Virus record (IMG/VR): IMGVR_UViG_2865147665_000001
Span: 45,563 to 65,562 of that record
DNA from: an uncultured virus (IMG/VR IMGVR_UViG_2865147665_000001)
Lineage: Duplodnaviria > Heunggongvirae > Uroviricota > Caudoviricetes
Reading direction: 5' to 3' (one strand)
Length of the DNA: 20,000 nt
Of this stretch, positions 1 to 7,908 are shown one piece after another. How positions within the stretch are numbered: the first letter of the stretch is position 1; each line of letters starts with the position of its first letter. The notes beneath the pieces were generated by a model. The model worked only from the letters and a program-made list of their open reading frames with translations, had not been told where the DNA came from and searched no databases. Made by a program: the position numbers and the translations under genes.

Positions 1-2
1 TA

Positions 3-3000
3 CTTGACCAGCGACTTTCTGCGGAGCACTTCACCGAGCTTCAGACATCGGCGATCAGCGACGATGTGATCGAGGCGTCCGGTGCGTACACGGCCTGGGA
101 GAGGGATGATTTGCCCGATCCATTGCGATGGGTCGGTGACCGCGACGGTGCGCTGCCCGCTCTGGTGTTCCCACTGACCGAGGCCGGTAAGGGTGAGACC
201 TGGCAGGCCAAGCCACAGCCTGGCTTTGTCACGCTGACCGACGGTCGCTCACCCAAATACATCGGCCCCAGCAAGGACTCCGGCTACCCCACCCCAGCAC
301 TCATTGAGCGTCGGGCTGTGGATGATACGACCCGCCGTGTCCTCGTGGTCGAGGGCACGAAGCAGGCACTGGCTGTGATGTCGGCAAGCGATGAGAGCAC
401 TGCGGTCTACGGCCTGTCGGGAATCACGTCCTGGATGGGTGGCGATGATGGCCCTAGCTCGGCGTTTCAGCTTGTCGGTGGCTTGCCGGTCTATATCGTC
501 GCCGACGCTGACGCCGCGAGGAACCGCAGGGTCTATGACGGGGCCGCAGGTATCGGCGAGCTCTGTCGACAGTGGGGCGCGAGCCCCGTCCGGTTCGTTC
601 GCTTCCCCGGTAGCGGTAAGCAGGGCATCGACGATGTGCTTGGCGGTATTGATTCCCCCGCGCAGCGGGAGAAGATGCTGGAGCTGTGGGTCAAACAGGC
701 CGAGGATAAGCCTGCCAAGAAGCGGCCCAGCTTGAGCAGCACGATACCTACGAAGGATACTTCGCAGGGGTCTGACGGATCGGCCAAGCCGATTATTAGC
801 ACGGACCTGCCCGACGACCAGATCTGGGACGCGGTAGACAACGCGGTATATGAGAAGTTCGCTGGTAAGCGGCTTTTTCGCACCGACCACAAACTCGTGT
901 GTCTCGTGCATCGTGATGGACGCAAACACCTCATTCCGGTGAGTAACGCTCTGGCGGTGGATTTGTCGGCGCAGGCGATTCGGATTGTTCACTCCACGCA
1001 GACGAAGTCGAAGGTTCGGGCGCTGTCTGACAAAGACGCGGCTACCGTTTTCAACGGCGCACGTGTCGGACGGTATCCCCGCATCGAGGGCATCGTGGAG
1101 ACGCCTGTGCTCACCCCGAGCGGCAGGGTCTTGTCCGAGCCCGGCTACGACGAAGAGACCGGCCTGTTACTCGACTTGTCCGATGATCTCGACGGCTTCC
1201 ACGTGCCGGATGACCCGTCACAGGAAGAGGTCACAGCTGCCCGCGAGCTCCTGGAGGAGGTCTACGCCGACTTCCCGTTCAAGACGGAAGCTGACCGGAC
1301 CCGTGCTATCGGCATGGTACTCACCCTGCTTGTCCGCCCGTCGTGCGAGACCTCGCCAATGCACGTCATCTCGGCTAACACACCGGGCACAGGCAAGGGC
1401 CTGTTGCTGTCTGCCGTGAGCATGATTGCTCACGGCTACGGCGCGCGGGTGCAGAAGATGCCCCATCACGATGAAGAGATGCAGAAGGTACTCACGTCGG
1501 CGCTTCTCGCTGGTCAGACGATGCTGATCTTCGATGAGACCGGTGAGGGGATCGGTAGCCTGTCGCTGGCCGCCATGCTGACCTCCACCTACTACGAGGG
1601 TCGTATCCTCGGCGAGTCCCGGCACTTGTCGGTGAAGAACTCAGCCTGCGTTTTTGCAGCCGGAAACAACGTCGCGGTGAAAAAGGATCTTGGACGTCGA
1701 ACAGTGATGGTCGAGATGAAGACGCCGTTGGCGAGCCCAGAAGCTCGCGACGACTTCACACACCCGGACCTGTTGGTGTGGGTCAAAGACAACCGACGGG
1801 CCCTGCTGGAAGCCGCGTTCACACTCATCCGGGCCTGGATCGTTGCTGGTGAGCCTGCCCCGGCACCGGGCCAGCCGGTGGGTAGCTTTGAGGACTGGTA
1901 CCACGTGGTGGGTGGCGTCCTTGAGCACGCTGGTAGGCGTGACCTCATGTTTGGCGTGCGCGAGCAGCGGGCACAGCACAATGAGAGCGAACTTGAGGAC
2001 CTGGCGCATCTGCACTGGGTGAGCGTGAACTTTGATGAGCCCTTCCGTGCTTATGACGTGGAGTGCAAGATTCGCGAAACGCAGGGTTTTATCCCGCTCC
2101 CGTCAGACATCCAGACCCTGGACGAGGTGACCGCGCAGCGGTTGGGTCGGGTGTACACGAAGCTTCAGGACCGTAATCTTGCTGGTTTCGTCGTCAAGAT
2201 GGCCGGGATGGTCAACCACACGAAGCGCTTTAAGGTGACCTATCTCGGCCCGGACGGGAACGGTGGTGGTCCTGGCGGCCTCAACGACCCGGACGGTGGT
2301 AGCCCCACTCCCCCTCCTGCACCTGGCGGTAGTGCTGTCGATGCCGACAACACTGGCGCATCCACGGTGGTATTCGACCTGGAGACCGCTAGCGCCGATG
2401 GGTTGCACACGACCGATGACCCTGCGTGGGTTCGCTTGGCGGCGTATCAGGTGGATGGTGGCGAGATCAGGACAACGACGGACATCGCCGGTGAGCTGCT
2501 GCCGGTTCTGCGAAACGCGGGCACGATTGTCGGGCACAACATCACACATTTCGATCTCCCTGCGCTGGAGCGCCTATATGGCTTTGCTCCGTCGCCCGAG
2601 CAGCGCGTCGAGGACACTCTCGTGCTTGCCCGTCTCGTGGACCCTCCCACGACGGGAAAGAAGTACCACCTCGACGCTGTGGCTACCCGCCTCGGTCTCG
2701 GCGGTAAGTTGCTGGCCGATGGTGACACGGCGCTGAAGGCTCTGGCCAGCCAGCACGGTGGTTTCGACCAGATTCCAGTCGATGATCCGCAGTATGTTGC
2801 GTACGCCCGACAGGATGTGCGTGCCACGGCAGATGTCCACTGTGCGCTCGTGAAGCGTGTACCGGATGCGGAGTACGTGGCCTATGAGCATGAGGTCGCT
2901 CGCGTGCTGGCTGGCGTTGAGTCGCGGGGTATCCGCGTCGATGTCGATCTCGTTGAAGAAACGCTGGCCGACGAAGACACAGTGAAAAACGGCATCCGTG

Positions 3001-4058
3001 GCTGGCTCGTCAATACCGTCGGCATCCCGGATGAGGGTAAGGCCCCGTGGGCGACGAAGGCCGGTAAAGAAGCTATTCAGTCCTACCTTCAGCGTTACGG
3101 GGCCCAGCTACCGTTGACGAAGACGGGTGCGCCGACAACGACAAAAGACGCCTTCAGTGAGCTTGCCGAGCAGCACTCTGACTCGCGTGAGGTCGTCGAA
3201 GTCTGCGAGAACATGGTGGCGCTATTGGAGACGCGCAGCCCGGCGAAGACGGTGAAGAAGTACCTGCGCAGTGATCGGGTGTTCCCGTCCATCCAGCCGT
3301 CGCAAGCCACGGGTCGGTTGAGTACGACGAAGCCGGGCATGACGATCTTTGGCTCGCGTGGTGAGCGCTTGCTTGCGCAGCGGGCGATGATCCTGCCCGA
3401 GCCGGGCGAGCGGTTGCTGTCTGTCGACCTGTCGCAGATTGATGCTCGCTGCATGGCGGCTGCTGCCGGTGATGAGGCCTACGCGGCGCTGTTTGCCGAA
3501 GGTCGTGATGCGCACACGGAAATGGCGGTGCGGGTGTTCGGTGATCCCGGTCGTCGCCCGGATGCGAAGGCGCTCGCGCACGCGGCGAACTACGGCATGG
3601 GAGCGAGATCCTTTGCCGCGCATGTCGGTTGCAGTGTGGCCGAAGCGGAGCGGATGCTGTCGAGCCTTCATCTCGAATTCCCTCGCCTCGAAAGTTTCAA
3701 GGAACAACTGCGCAAAGGCGCGGAGACCTCAGGGTATGTGACGACCGGTTTCGGTCGACGTGTCGCTGTTAATCGGGACAAAGCGTACACCCGAGCGCCT
3801 GCCGCTTACGGCCAAGGAACGGCTCGCGACGTATTCCTCCACGGTGTGCTTGCCATGCCCGAGGACGTGCAACGAAGGATCCGCATTTTCGTCCACGACG
3901 AGGTTGTTCTGTCGGTGCCAAAGGACCGCGTTGAGGAGGTGCGACAGTGTGTGCTCGATGCCTTCTCAAGTGTCGCCCTTCCCTCCGCCGACGGCGTGCA
4001 CGTTCCAGTCCTCGCGGACAGTGCGGGGCCGGGTCGGGATTGGAGTGAGTGCAAGTGA
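3..4058 (+). CDS. Primase (TOPRIM/DUF3854-like)-helicase-like ATPase-3'-5' exonuclease-family A DNA polymerase fusion; 5' end probably outside the window
   Basis: Frame is open from base 3 (LDQRLSAEHFTELQTSAISDDV...). TOPRIM motifs VLVVEG (E at 351), ADAD (501-512) and GIDD. Walker A SANTPGTGKG (1371-1400), Walker B LIFDE, AAGNN, DLGRR. Exo I FDLET (2373-2387), Exo II GHNITHFD, Exo III YARQD. PolA TGRLS, motif A DLSQIDAR (3426-3449), motif B KALAHAANYG (3567-3596), motif C VHDE (3891-3902). Confidence 0.9.
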   Translation, partial: LDQRLSAEHFTELQTSAISDDVIEASGAYTAWERDDLPDPLRWVGDRDGALPALVFPLTEAGKGETWQAKPQPGFVTLTDGRSPKYIGPSKDSGYPTPALIERRAVDDTTRRVLVVEGTKQALAVMSASDESTAVYGLSGITSWMGGDDGPSSAFQLVGGLPVYIVADADAARNRRVYDGAAGIGELCRQWGASPVRFVRFPGSGKQGIDDVLGGIDSPAQREKMLELWVKQAEDKPAKKRPSLSSTIPTKDTSQGSDGSAKPIISTDLPDDQIWDAVDNAVYEKFAGKRLFRTDHKLVCLVHRDGRKHLIPVSNALAVDLSAQAIRIVHSTQTKSKVRALSDKDAATVFNGARVGRYPRIEGIVETPVLTPSGRVLSEPGYDEETGLLLDLSDDLDGFHVPDDPSQEEVTAARELLEEVYADFPFKTEADRTRAIGMVLTLLVRPSCETSPMHVISANTPGTGKGLLLSAVSMIAHGYGARVQKMPHHDEEMQKVLTSALLAGQTMLIFDETGEGIGSLSLAAMLTSTYYEGRILGESRHLSVKNSACVFAAGNNVAVKKDLGRRTVMVEMKTPLASPEARDDFTHPDLLVWVKDNRRALLEAAFTLIRAWIVAGEPAPAPGQPVGSFEDWYHVVGGVLEHAGRRDLMFGVREQRAQHNESELEDLAHLHWVSVNFDEPFRAYDVECKIRETQGFIPLPSDIQTLDEVTAQRLGRVYTKLQDRNLAGFVVKMAGMVNHTKRFKVTYLGPDGNGGGPGGLNDPDGGSPTPPPAPGGSAVDADNTGASTVVFDLETASADGLHTTDDPAWVRLAAYQVDGGEIRTTTDIAGELLPVLRNAGTIVGHNITHFDLPALERLYGFAPSPEQRVEDTLVLARLVDPPTTGKKYHLDAVATRLGLGGKLLADGDTALKALASQHGGFDQIPVDDPQYVAYARQDVRATADVHCALVKRVPDAEYVAYEHEVARVLAGVESRGIRVDVDLVEETLADEDTVKNGIRGWLVNTVGIPDEGKAPWATKAGKEAIQSYLQRYGAQLPLTKTGAPTTTKDAFSELAEQHSDSREVVEVCENMVALLETRSPAKTVKKYLRSDRVFPSIQPSQATGRLSTTKPGMTIFGSRGERLLAQRAMILPEPGERLLSVDLSQIDARCMAAAAGDEAYAALFAEGRDAHTEMAVRVFGDPGRRPDAKALAHAANYGMGARSFAAHVGCSVAEAERMLSSLHLEFPRLESFKEQLRKGAETSGYVTTGFGRRVAVNRDKAYTRAPAAYGQGTARDVFLHGVLAMPEDVQRRIRIFVHDEVVLSVPKDRVEEVRQCVLDAFSSVALPSADGVHVPVLADSAGPGRDWSECK

Positions 4059-4133
4059 GCGTCCAATTTGGCACACGCGGCCCCCCAGTGTTCGTGGCCA
4101 CGTCCGTTAAGCACACAACCTAAGGAGATAGTG

Positions 4134-4499
4134 ATGAGTTCTCAAGATCACTTCCTCGTCCACCTCGCGGGTGCTATCGCTTCTGCCGATTGGCCTAGTC
4201 CGGAGAAGGTGGTTGCGGCCCAACAGGCCATCAAGGAGATGAAGGCAGTCCGGCCTGCCCCCGTCTATGACGATGCGGAATTTCAGGCTGCGTGCGTGGA
4301 CCTGGATTCCGTGACGCGCGATCTCAACGTGGCGCGGCTCGCGCGCGTGCGGCGAGAACAAGAGGGCAAAGAACAAAAGCGTAAACGTCGACGCGCACAA
4401 CAGCGTCAGCGCGCACAACAACATCGGCCGGTGCCGTCGCGGTCCTGGTCGGAACAGACAAAGCAATCGGCTCATGATGAGCCAGAAATGGGGTTTTAA
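4134..4499 (+). CDS. Hypothetical protein, Arg/Gln-rich C-terminal half
   Basis: AAGGAG RBS at 4122-4127 ahead of ATG 4134; co-oriented with neighbours; no family recognised. Confidence 0.7.
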   Translation: MSSQDHFLVHLAGAIASADWPSPEKVVAAQQAIKEMKAVRPAPVYDDAEFQAACVDLDSVTRDLNVARLARVRREQEGKEQKRKRRRAQQRQRAQQHRPVPSRSWSEQTKQSAHDEPEMGF

Positions 4500-4501
4500 T
4501 C

Positions 4502-4858
4502 GTGGCAACGAAGAAGCAGCTTGATCGTGCAATTGCTCGGGCCGAGCGTGTCCAGGAGCAGGTGCTGAAACTGCAGGCTGAAGCCGAGGAGGCCGCTCGT
4601 GAAGCGGATCGTGTGCTCGGTAGTGCCGTGCGTCAGGCAGTCACCGAGTCACGGTCGAAGTGGGCGAAGTTTGCTCACGTGTCAGTGTCCGAATTCTACC
4701 GCCACGTCGTCGACGACGTGGACATCGACGACGTGGCAAATGTAGACGATGCGGCCACGGACGCTGTCCCCGCCGACGGTCACCACTTGCCGCACGACTT
4801 TGTCGATAGCGACGGCGGTGGTGGCACCGGCTATGTCGGCGGGAGCCAGGGGTTCTAG
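4502..4858 (+). CDS. Hypothetical protein, N-terminal coiled coil and acidic C-terminal tail
   Basis: GTG start 2 nt after the upstream stop, suggesting translational coupling; helical charged N-terminus; Asp-rich tail; lies directly before the oriT candidate. Confidence 0.7.
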   Translation: MATKKQLDRAIARAERVQEQVLKLQAEAEEAAREADRVLGSAVRQAVTESRSKWAKFAHVSVSEFYRHVVDDVDIDDVANVDDAATDAVPADGHHLPHDFVDSDGGGGTGYVGGSQGF

Positions 4859-5030
4859 GGGGCGGCAGCGCCCTTAGCCAGCTCACCCGGCAGACGAGGC
4901 CCCCAGGGCCGAATGTCTGACAAGGGTGATGCTGGCCCCACATCCTGACTGGTCTGCGAGGTGCCAATGCGAAGCGAGGCATACCGATGGCAGAACAGTC
5001 AGGATGTGGCAGGTGGGCGTAAGCCCACAG
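4855..5030. other. Putative oriT / single-strand origin region with tandem hairpins
   Basis: Intergenic region directly upstream of mobC. Four inverted repeats (4860-4873, 4877-4936, 4938-5009, 5013-5028). ACATCCTG on both strands resembles the YATCCTG nic core of IncP/IncI1 (MOBP) oriTs. Confidence 0.65.
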
Positions 5031-5058
5031 GGCGGGCTGGCGTGAGGAGTGATGAAGC

Positions 5059-5436
5059 ATGAATAACGGACGACGAATGACAGTGCGCCTCGGCGACTCC
5101 GAGGACGAGGTGGTGCGCAGCACCGCGTCGGCTCTCGGCGTCACCGATAGCGAGGTTGTACGACTGGCGATCATTGCGATGGCGGATAGGTTGCCTGTCG
5201 GTGTAGGTGAGCAAGTGGCGGCTCCTCCGGTGCCGCCTGAAGTGGTGGAGTTGCGCGAAGCGCTCGACCGCTTGGTCGCTGAGGTGTGCCGCGTCGGCGT
5301 GAACATCAACCAGATAGTTCGTATCTGTCACGTGAATGGGTGGTCTGACGACGAACTGCCGGGGCTTCTTGGTGTCCCCGGTGTGATCGACGATCTCGTA
5401 GGCCACGTGCGGGAGGCAGTGGATCGTGTCTGTTAG
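5059..5436 (+). CDS. mobC: Relaxosome accessory protein MobC (ribbon-helix-helix)
   Basis: N-terminal RHH pattern RMTVRL...LGVTDSEVVRLAI and MobC motif RVGVNINQIVR; GAGGAG at 5044-5049; overlaps the relaxase start. Confidence 0.88.
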   Translation: MNNGRRMTVRLGDSEDEVVRSTASALGVTDSEVVRLAIIAMADRLPVGVGEQVAAPPVPPEVVELREALDRLVAEVCRVGVNINQIVRICHVNGWSDDELPGLLGVPGVIDDLVGHVREAVDRVC

Positions 5437-6901
5437 CAAGGTTCAGCGCTCGAGGGATGCTGCCGCTGCCGTGATCTACGCCGTCTACGGAACGAAGAAG
5501 GCTATGAAGGCTGGCTCGGTGCGTGCTGCTGCTGTCTCCGTTGTCGGTCCACGCGGAAGTAACCCCGTGGTGTGGGTGATGGAAACTCGGTCGCGAGTTC
5601 AGGAGTCGGTGCAGCGCCGTAACGAGACGATCAACATCATCCAGTCGTTTAGTCCCGACGAACTAGACCCTGACAACCCCTTGGACGTGGAGAAGGCGCA
5701 TGCGGCGGGCCTCGCCTTGGCCGCGAAGATGGCTCCTGATTGCGACGTGGTCGTCGCTACTCATACCGATACCGCACATGTTCACAACCACATCATTGTT
5801 GCCAACCATGATCGTGGAACTGGGAGGGCCGCGCCGAAGGCGGTAGGCAACGCGTGGCGTGTCCGCGAGACCAACGACGACGTGATGGAGGTCTTCGGTT
5901 TGAAGGTGCTTGGTCGTGATCCGGTGTCGTTGTCGCGCGACGAGCGGGTGGCGCAGGCGAAGGGCGTTGACATTGACGGTTCAGACTTGTCGCTGTCGGA
6001 GTTGACACGCGAGACCTGGCGTGAGTTTGCCCGTGCTCGCATCGAAGAGTTGTTAGAAGACGACCGCGTAATCGCTGCCCTCGACATCGACGGCGGTGGT
6101 GGTGTGGAGCCTGGCTTGGAAGTGATGGAAGAGATCGCCTTCGAGTATCACCTGTCCTTCTCACGCAAGGGGCGGGGCAAGCGCACGCGCAAGAGCGAGC
6201 GGTCGTCGTTCGCATTGGTCGGCGACGACGGCAAGGAGCTGCGCTTGACCGATCGCAACGGCAAGGGCAGCTCTAAGGCGGCTACTGCCGGGTCTCGACT
6301 CGGCTCTGACTACACGATGGATGGGCTTCGCGCTCGGCTACATGAAATACACGCAGAACGACTGATTGATGGAATGGAGATTGACAACAATGGTGGACAA
6401 CAAACGACGGCAACGGACGGACAGCACGGAGTTGCTGAACAAGTTGGCCTCGCAGCTGACGGCGCTAACGAAACAAGTCGAGGACGTGAAGGCTCTGCCG
6501 GTCGGGATGCCCGAGGACGTGGAGCTGCACTTGGCGAGTTATCAGAAGCAACTGACGGACTTGAACAAGCGCATGGAGTCCTTGCAGCGTTCAACAGTGG
6601 GGACGAAGGAATACGAGACGGCGATGGCTCAAGCGACGGCCTCGATGAAGTCGATGGCGGAGATCGCGGCCGCGCTGCCGGTGGCGATTCAGCGCCAGCA
6701 CGAGGGACTGCAGAAGTCGGTGACCGGGATCGTGGCGCCGCTAACGTCGATGGGCGACTTGCTGAAGACCGTGCTCGAACTCGTCGAAGGGCCGCTGAGT
6801 CTCAGCGACGACGCAGTGGAGAGGCTGAGCGTCAGCGTCGAGAAGCGCTTGAGTCCGATGGTCCTCGACCACCTGAAGGCGACTATGGACCGGACTTTTA
6901 G
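5426..6901 (+). CDS. Relaxase / mobilization nuclease, MOBP-like
   Basis: N-terminal Tyr (IYAVYG), motif II IIQSFSPDE, HUH motif HTDTAHVHNHIIV; directly follows mobC; low-complexity C-terminal tail. Confidence 0.9.
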   Translation: MSVSKVQRSRDAAAAVIYAVYGTKKAMKAGSVRAAAVSVVGPRGSNPVVWVMETRSRVQESVQRRNETINIIQSFSPDELDPDNPLDVEKAHAAGLALAAKMAPDCDVVVATHTDTAHVHNHIIVANHDRGTGRAAPKAVGNAWRVRETNDDVMEVFGLKVLGRDPVSLSRDERVAQAKGVDIDGSDLSLSELTRETWREFARARIEELLEDDRVIAALDIDGGGGVEPGLEVMEEIAFEYHLSFSRKGRGKRTRKSERSSFALVGDDGKELRLTDRNGKGSSKAATAGSRLGSDYTMDGLRARLHEIHAERLIDGMEIDNNGGQQTTATDGQHGVAEQVGLAADGANETSRGREGSAGRDARGRGAALGELSEATDGLEQAHGVLAAFNSGDEGIRDGDGSSDGLDEVDGGDRGRAAGGDSAPARGTAEVGDRDRGAANVDGRLAEDRARTRRRAAESQRRRSGEAERQRREALESDGPRPPEGDYGPDF

Positions 6902-7328
6902 TCGCTATGAGCGGTCGTTCAAGAAGATGGTGGACGATGGTGTCGAGGGAGTCGCCCGTGAGCGTAAGCGGTTGGAGACTGCCACCGCTCACACGGTGAC
7001 GGAGGTGGATCGTCTCGATGAGCGTTTGGAAGATCGCACGGTTAGCGTGGTGTCGATTGTGCTGCTCGTGACTGTGCTGGGTGTCGGTGTGATCGTGGTT
7101 GCGGGCGGTCTCTGGATGGGTGCATCACTGCTCGGTATCCCTGCGGCTGTGCCGGAGATGTGGTCACGTGCATGGGCTGCTGACACGTGGTGGTCAGGTG
7201 TGGGCTGGGCACTCGGTGCCGTGGTACTCATGTGCGTGACCATCGCAGCCATTGCTGCGGCTGCTGTGTGGATGGGAAGGCGCTGGCCCGTGGAGGACTA
7301 CAAGGCGTTGTTGAGGCGTAATCGATAG
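6390..7328 (+). CDS. Coiled-coil protein with two C-terminal transmembrane segments, overlapping the relaxase 3' end (MobB-like by position)
   Basis: 312-codon ORF, GGAG at 6376-6379 before ATG 6390. Helical amphipathic N-terminus; hydrophobic stretches VSVVSIVLLVTVLGVGVIVVAGGLWMGASLL and VGWALGAVVLMCVTIAAIAAAAVWM. It is the only long + strand ORF covering 6902-7328. Confidence 0.78.
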   Translation: MVDNKRRQRTDSTELLNKLASQLTALTKQVEDVKALPVGMPEDVELHLASYQKQLTDLNKRMESLQRSTVGTKEYETAMAQATASMKSMAEIAAALPVAIQRQHEGLQKSVTGIVAPLTSMGDLLKTVLELVEGPLSLSDDAVERLSVSVEKRLSPMVLDHLKATMDRTFSRYERSFKKMVDDGVEGVARERKRLETATAHTVTEVDRLDERLEDRTVSVVSIVLLVTVLGVGVIVVAGGLWMGASLLGIPAAVPEMWSRAWAADTWWSGVGWALGAVVLMCVTIAAIAAAAVWMGRRWPVEDYKALLRRNR

Positions 7329-7339
7329 GTGCCATCATC

Positions 7340-7906
7340 CTATTCTTTGACCTCATGCAGCGCGCGATAGATGGTTTGCCGCGAGACGTTGAAGGTGCGT
7401 GCCACCGATGCGACGCTCTCGCCGCTGTCGACCAACTTCGCGGCCTGCTGCTTCTGTTCCATGCTCAACTTCGGCTTCGGTCCTGCCACTCGGCCTTCAG
7501 CCCGGGCATGGGCCACACCTTCACGGGTGCGTTGGACGAGAAGGTCCCGCTCCCACTCGGCCAGGCTCGCCATAACGTTGACTACTACCTTGTCGGCTGG
7601 TCGGCTGGTGTCGAGTGCAGGCTCCAGGACGCGGACGTTGATGTCCCTCTCAGCGAGGTCAGCGATGGTGTTGACAGTTTCGGCGAGGTTACGGCCCAGG
7701 CGATCGAGACGGGTGACCACCAGGGTGTCATCAGAGCGCATGTAGGCCAATGCGTCGTCGAGACCGGGGCGGTTCCAGTTGGTGCCGGAGATAACGTCCT
7801 CGTAAATGCGTTTAGGGTCACAGCCCGCGTTAACGAGCGCTTCACGTTGGGTGTCGAGTGACTGGCCCTGGCGGGCTGTTGAGACGCGGGCATATCCAAT
7901 AAGCAT
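7340..7906 (-). CDS. Small serine recombinase (resolvase/invertase family)
   Basis: MLIGYARVST catalytic motif, RPGL, VTRLDRLGR, C-terminal HTH (VASVARTFNVSRQTIYR). Confidence 0.95.
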   Translation of the reverse strand: MLIGYARVSTARQGQSLDTQREALVNAGCDPKRIYEDVISGTNWNRPGLDDALAYMRSDDTLVVTRLDRLGRNLAETVNTIADLAERDINVRVLEPALDTSRPADKVVVNVMASLAEWERDLLVQRTREGVAHARAEGRVAGPKPKLSMEQKQQAAKLVDSGESVASVARTFNVSRQTIYRALHEVKE

Positions 7907-7908
7907 GT

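Noticed and set aside
66..68. GTG at 66 as start of the polymerase fusion
   Set aside because: The frame is open to the window edge, the upstream residues look like part of the domain, and there is no RBS.
249..3707. Several 100-250 aa minus-strand and alternate-frame ORFs inside the polymerase fusion gene
   Set aside because: Fully overlap a motif-rich gene and have no independent coding signals.
4641..5439. Minus-strand ORFs across oriT and mobC
   Set aside because: Antisense to mobC, which has clear family motifs; low-complexity translations.
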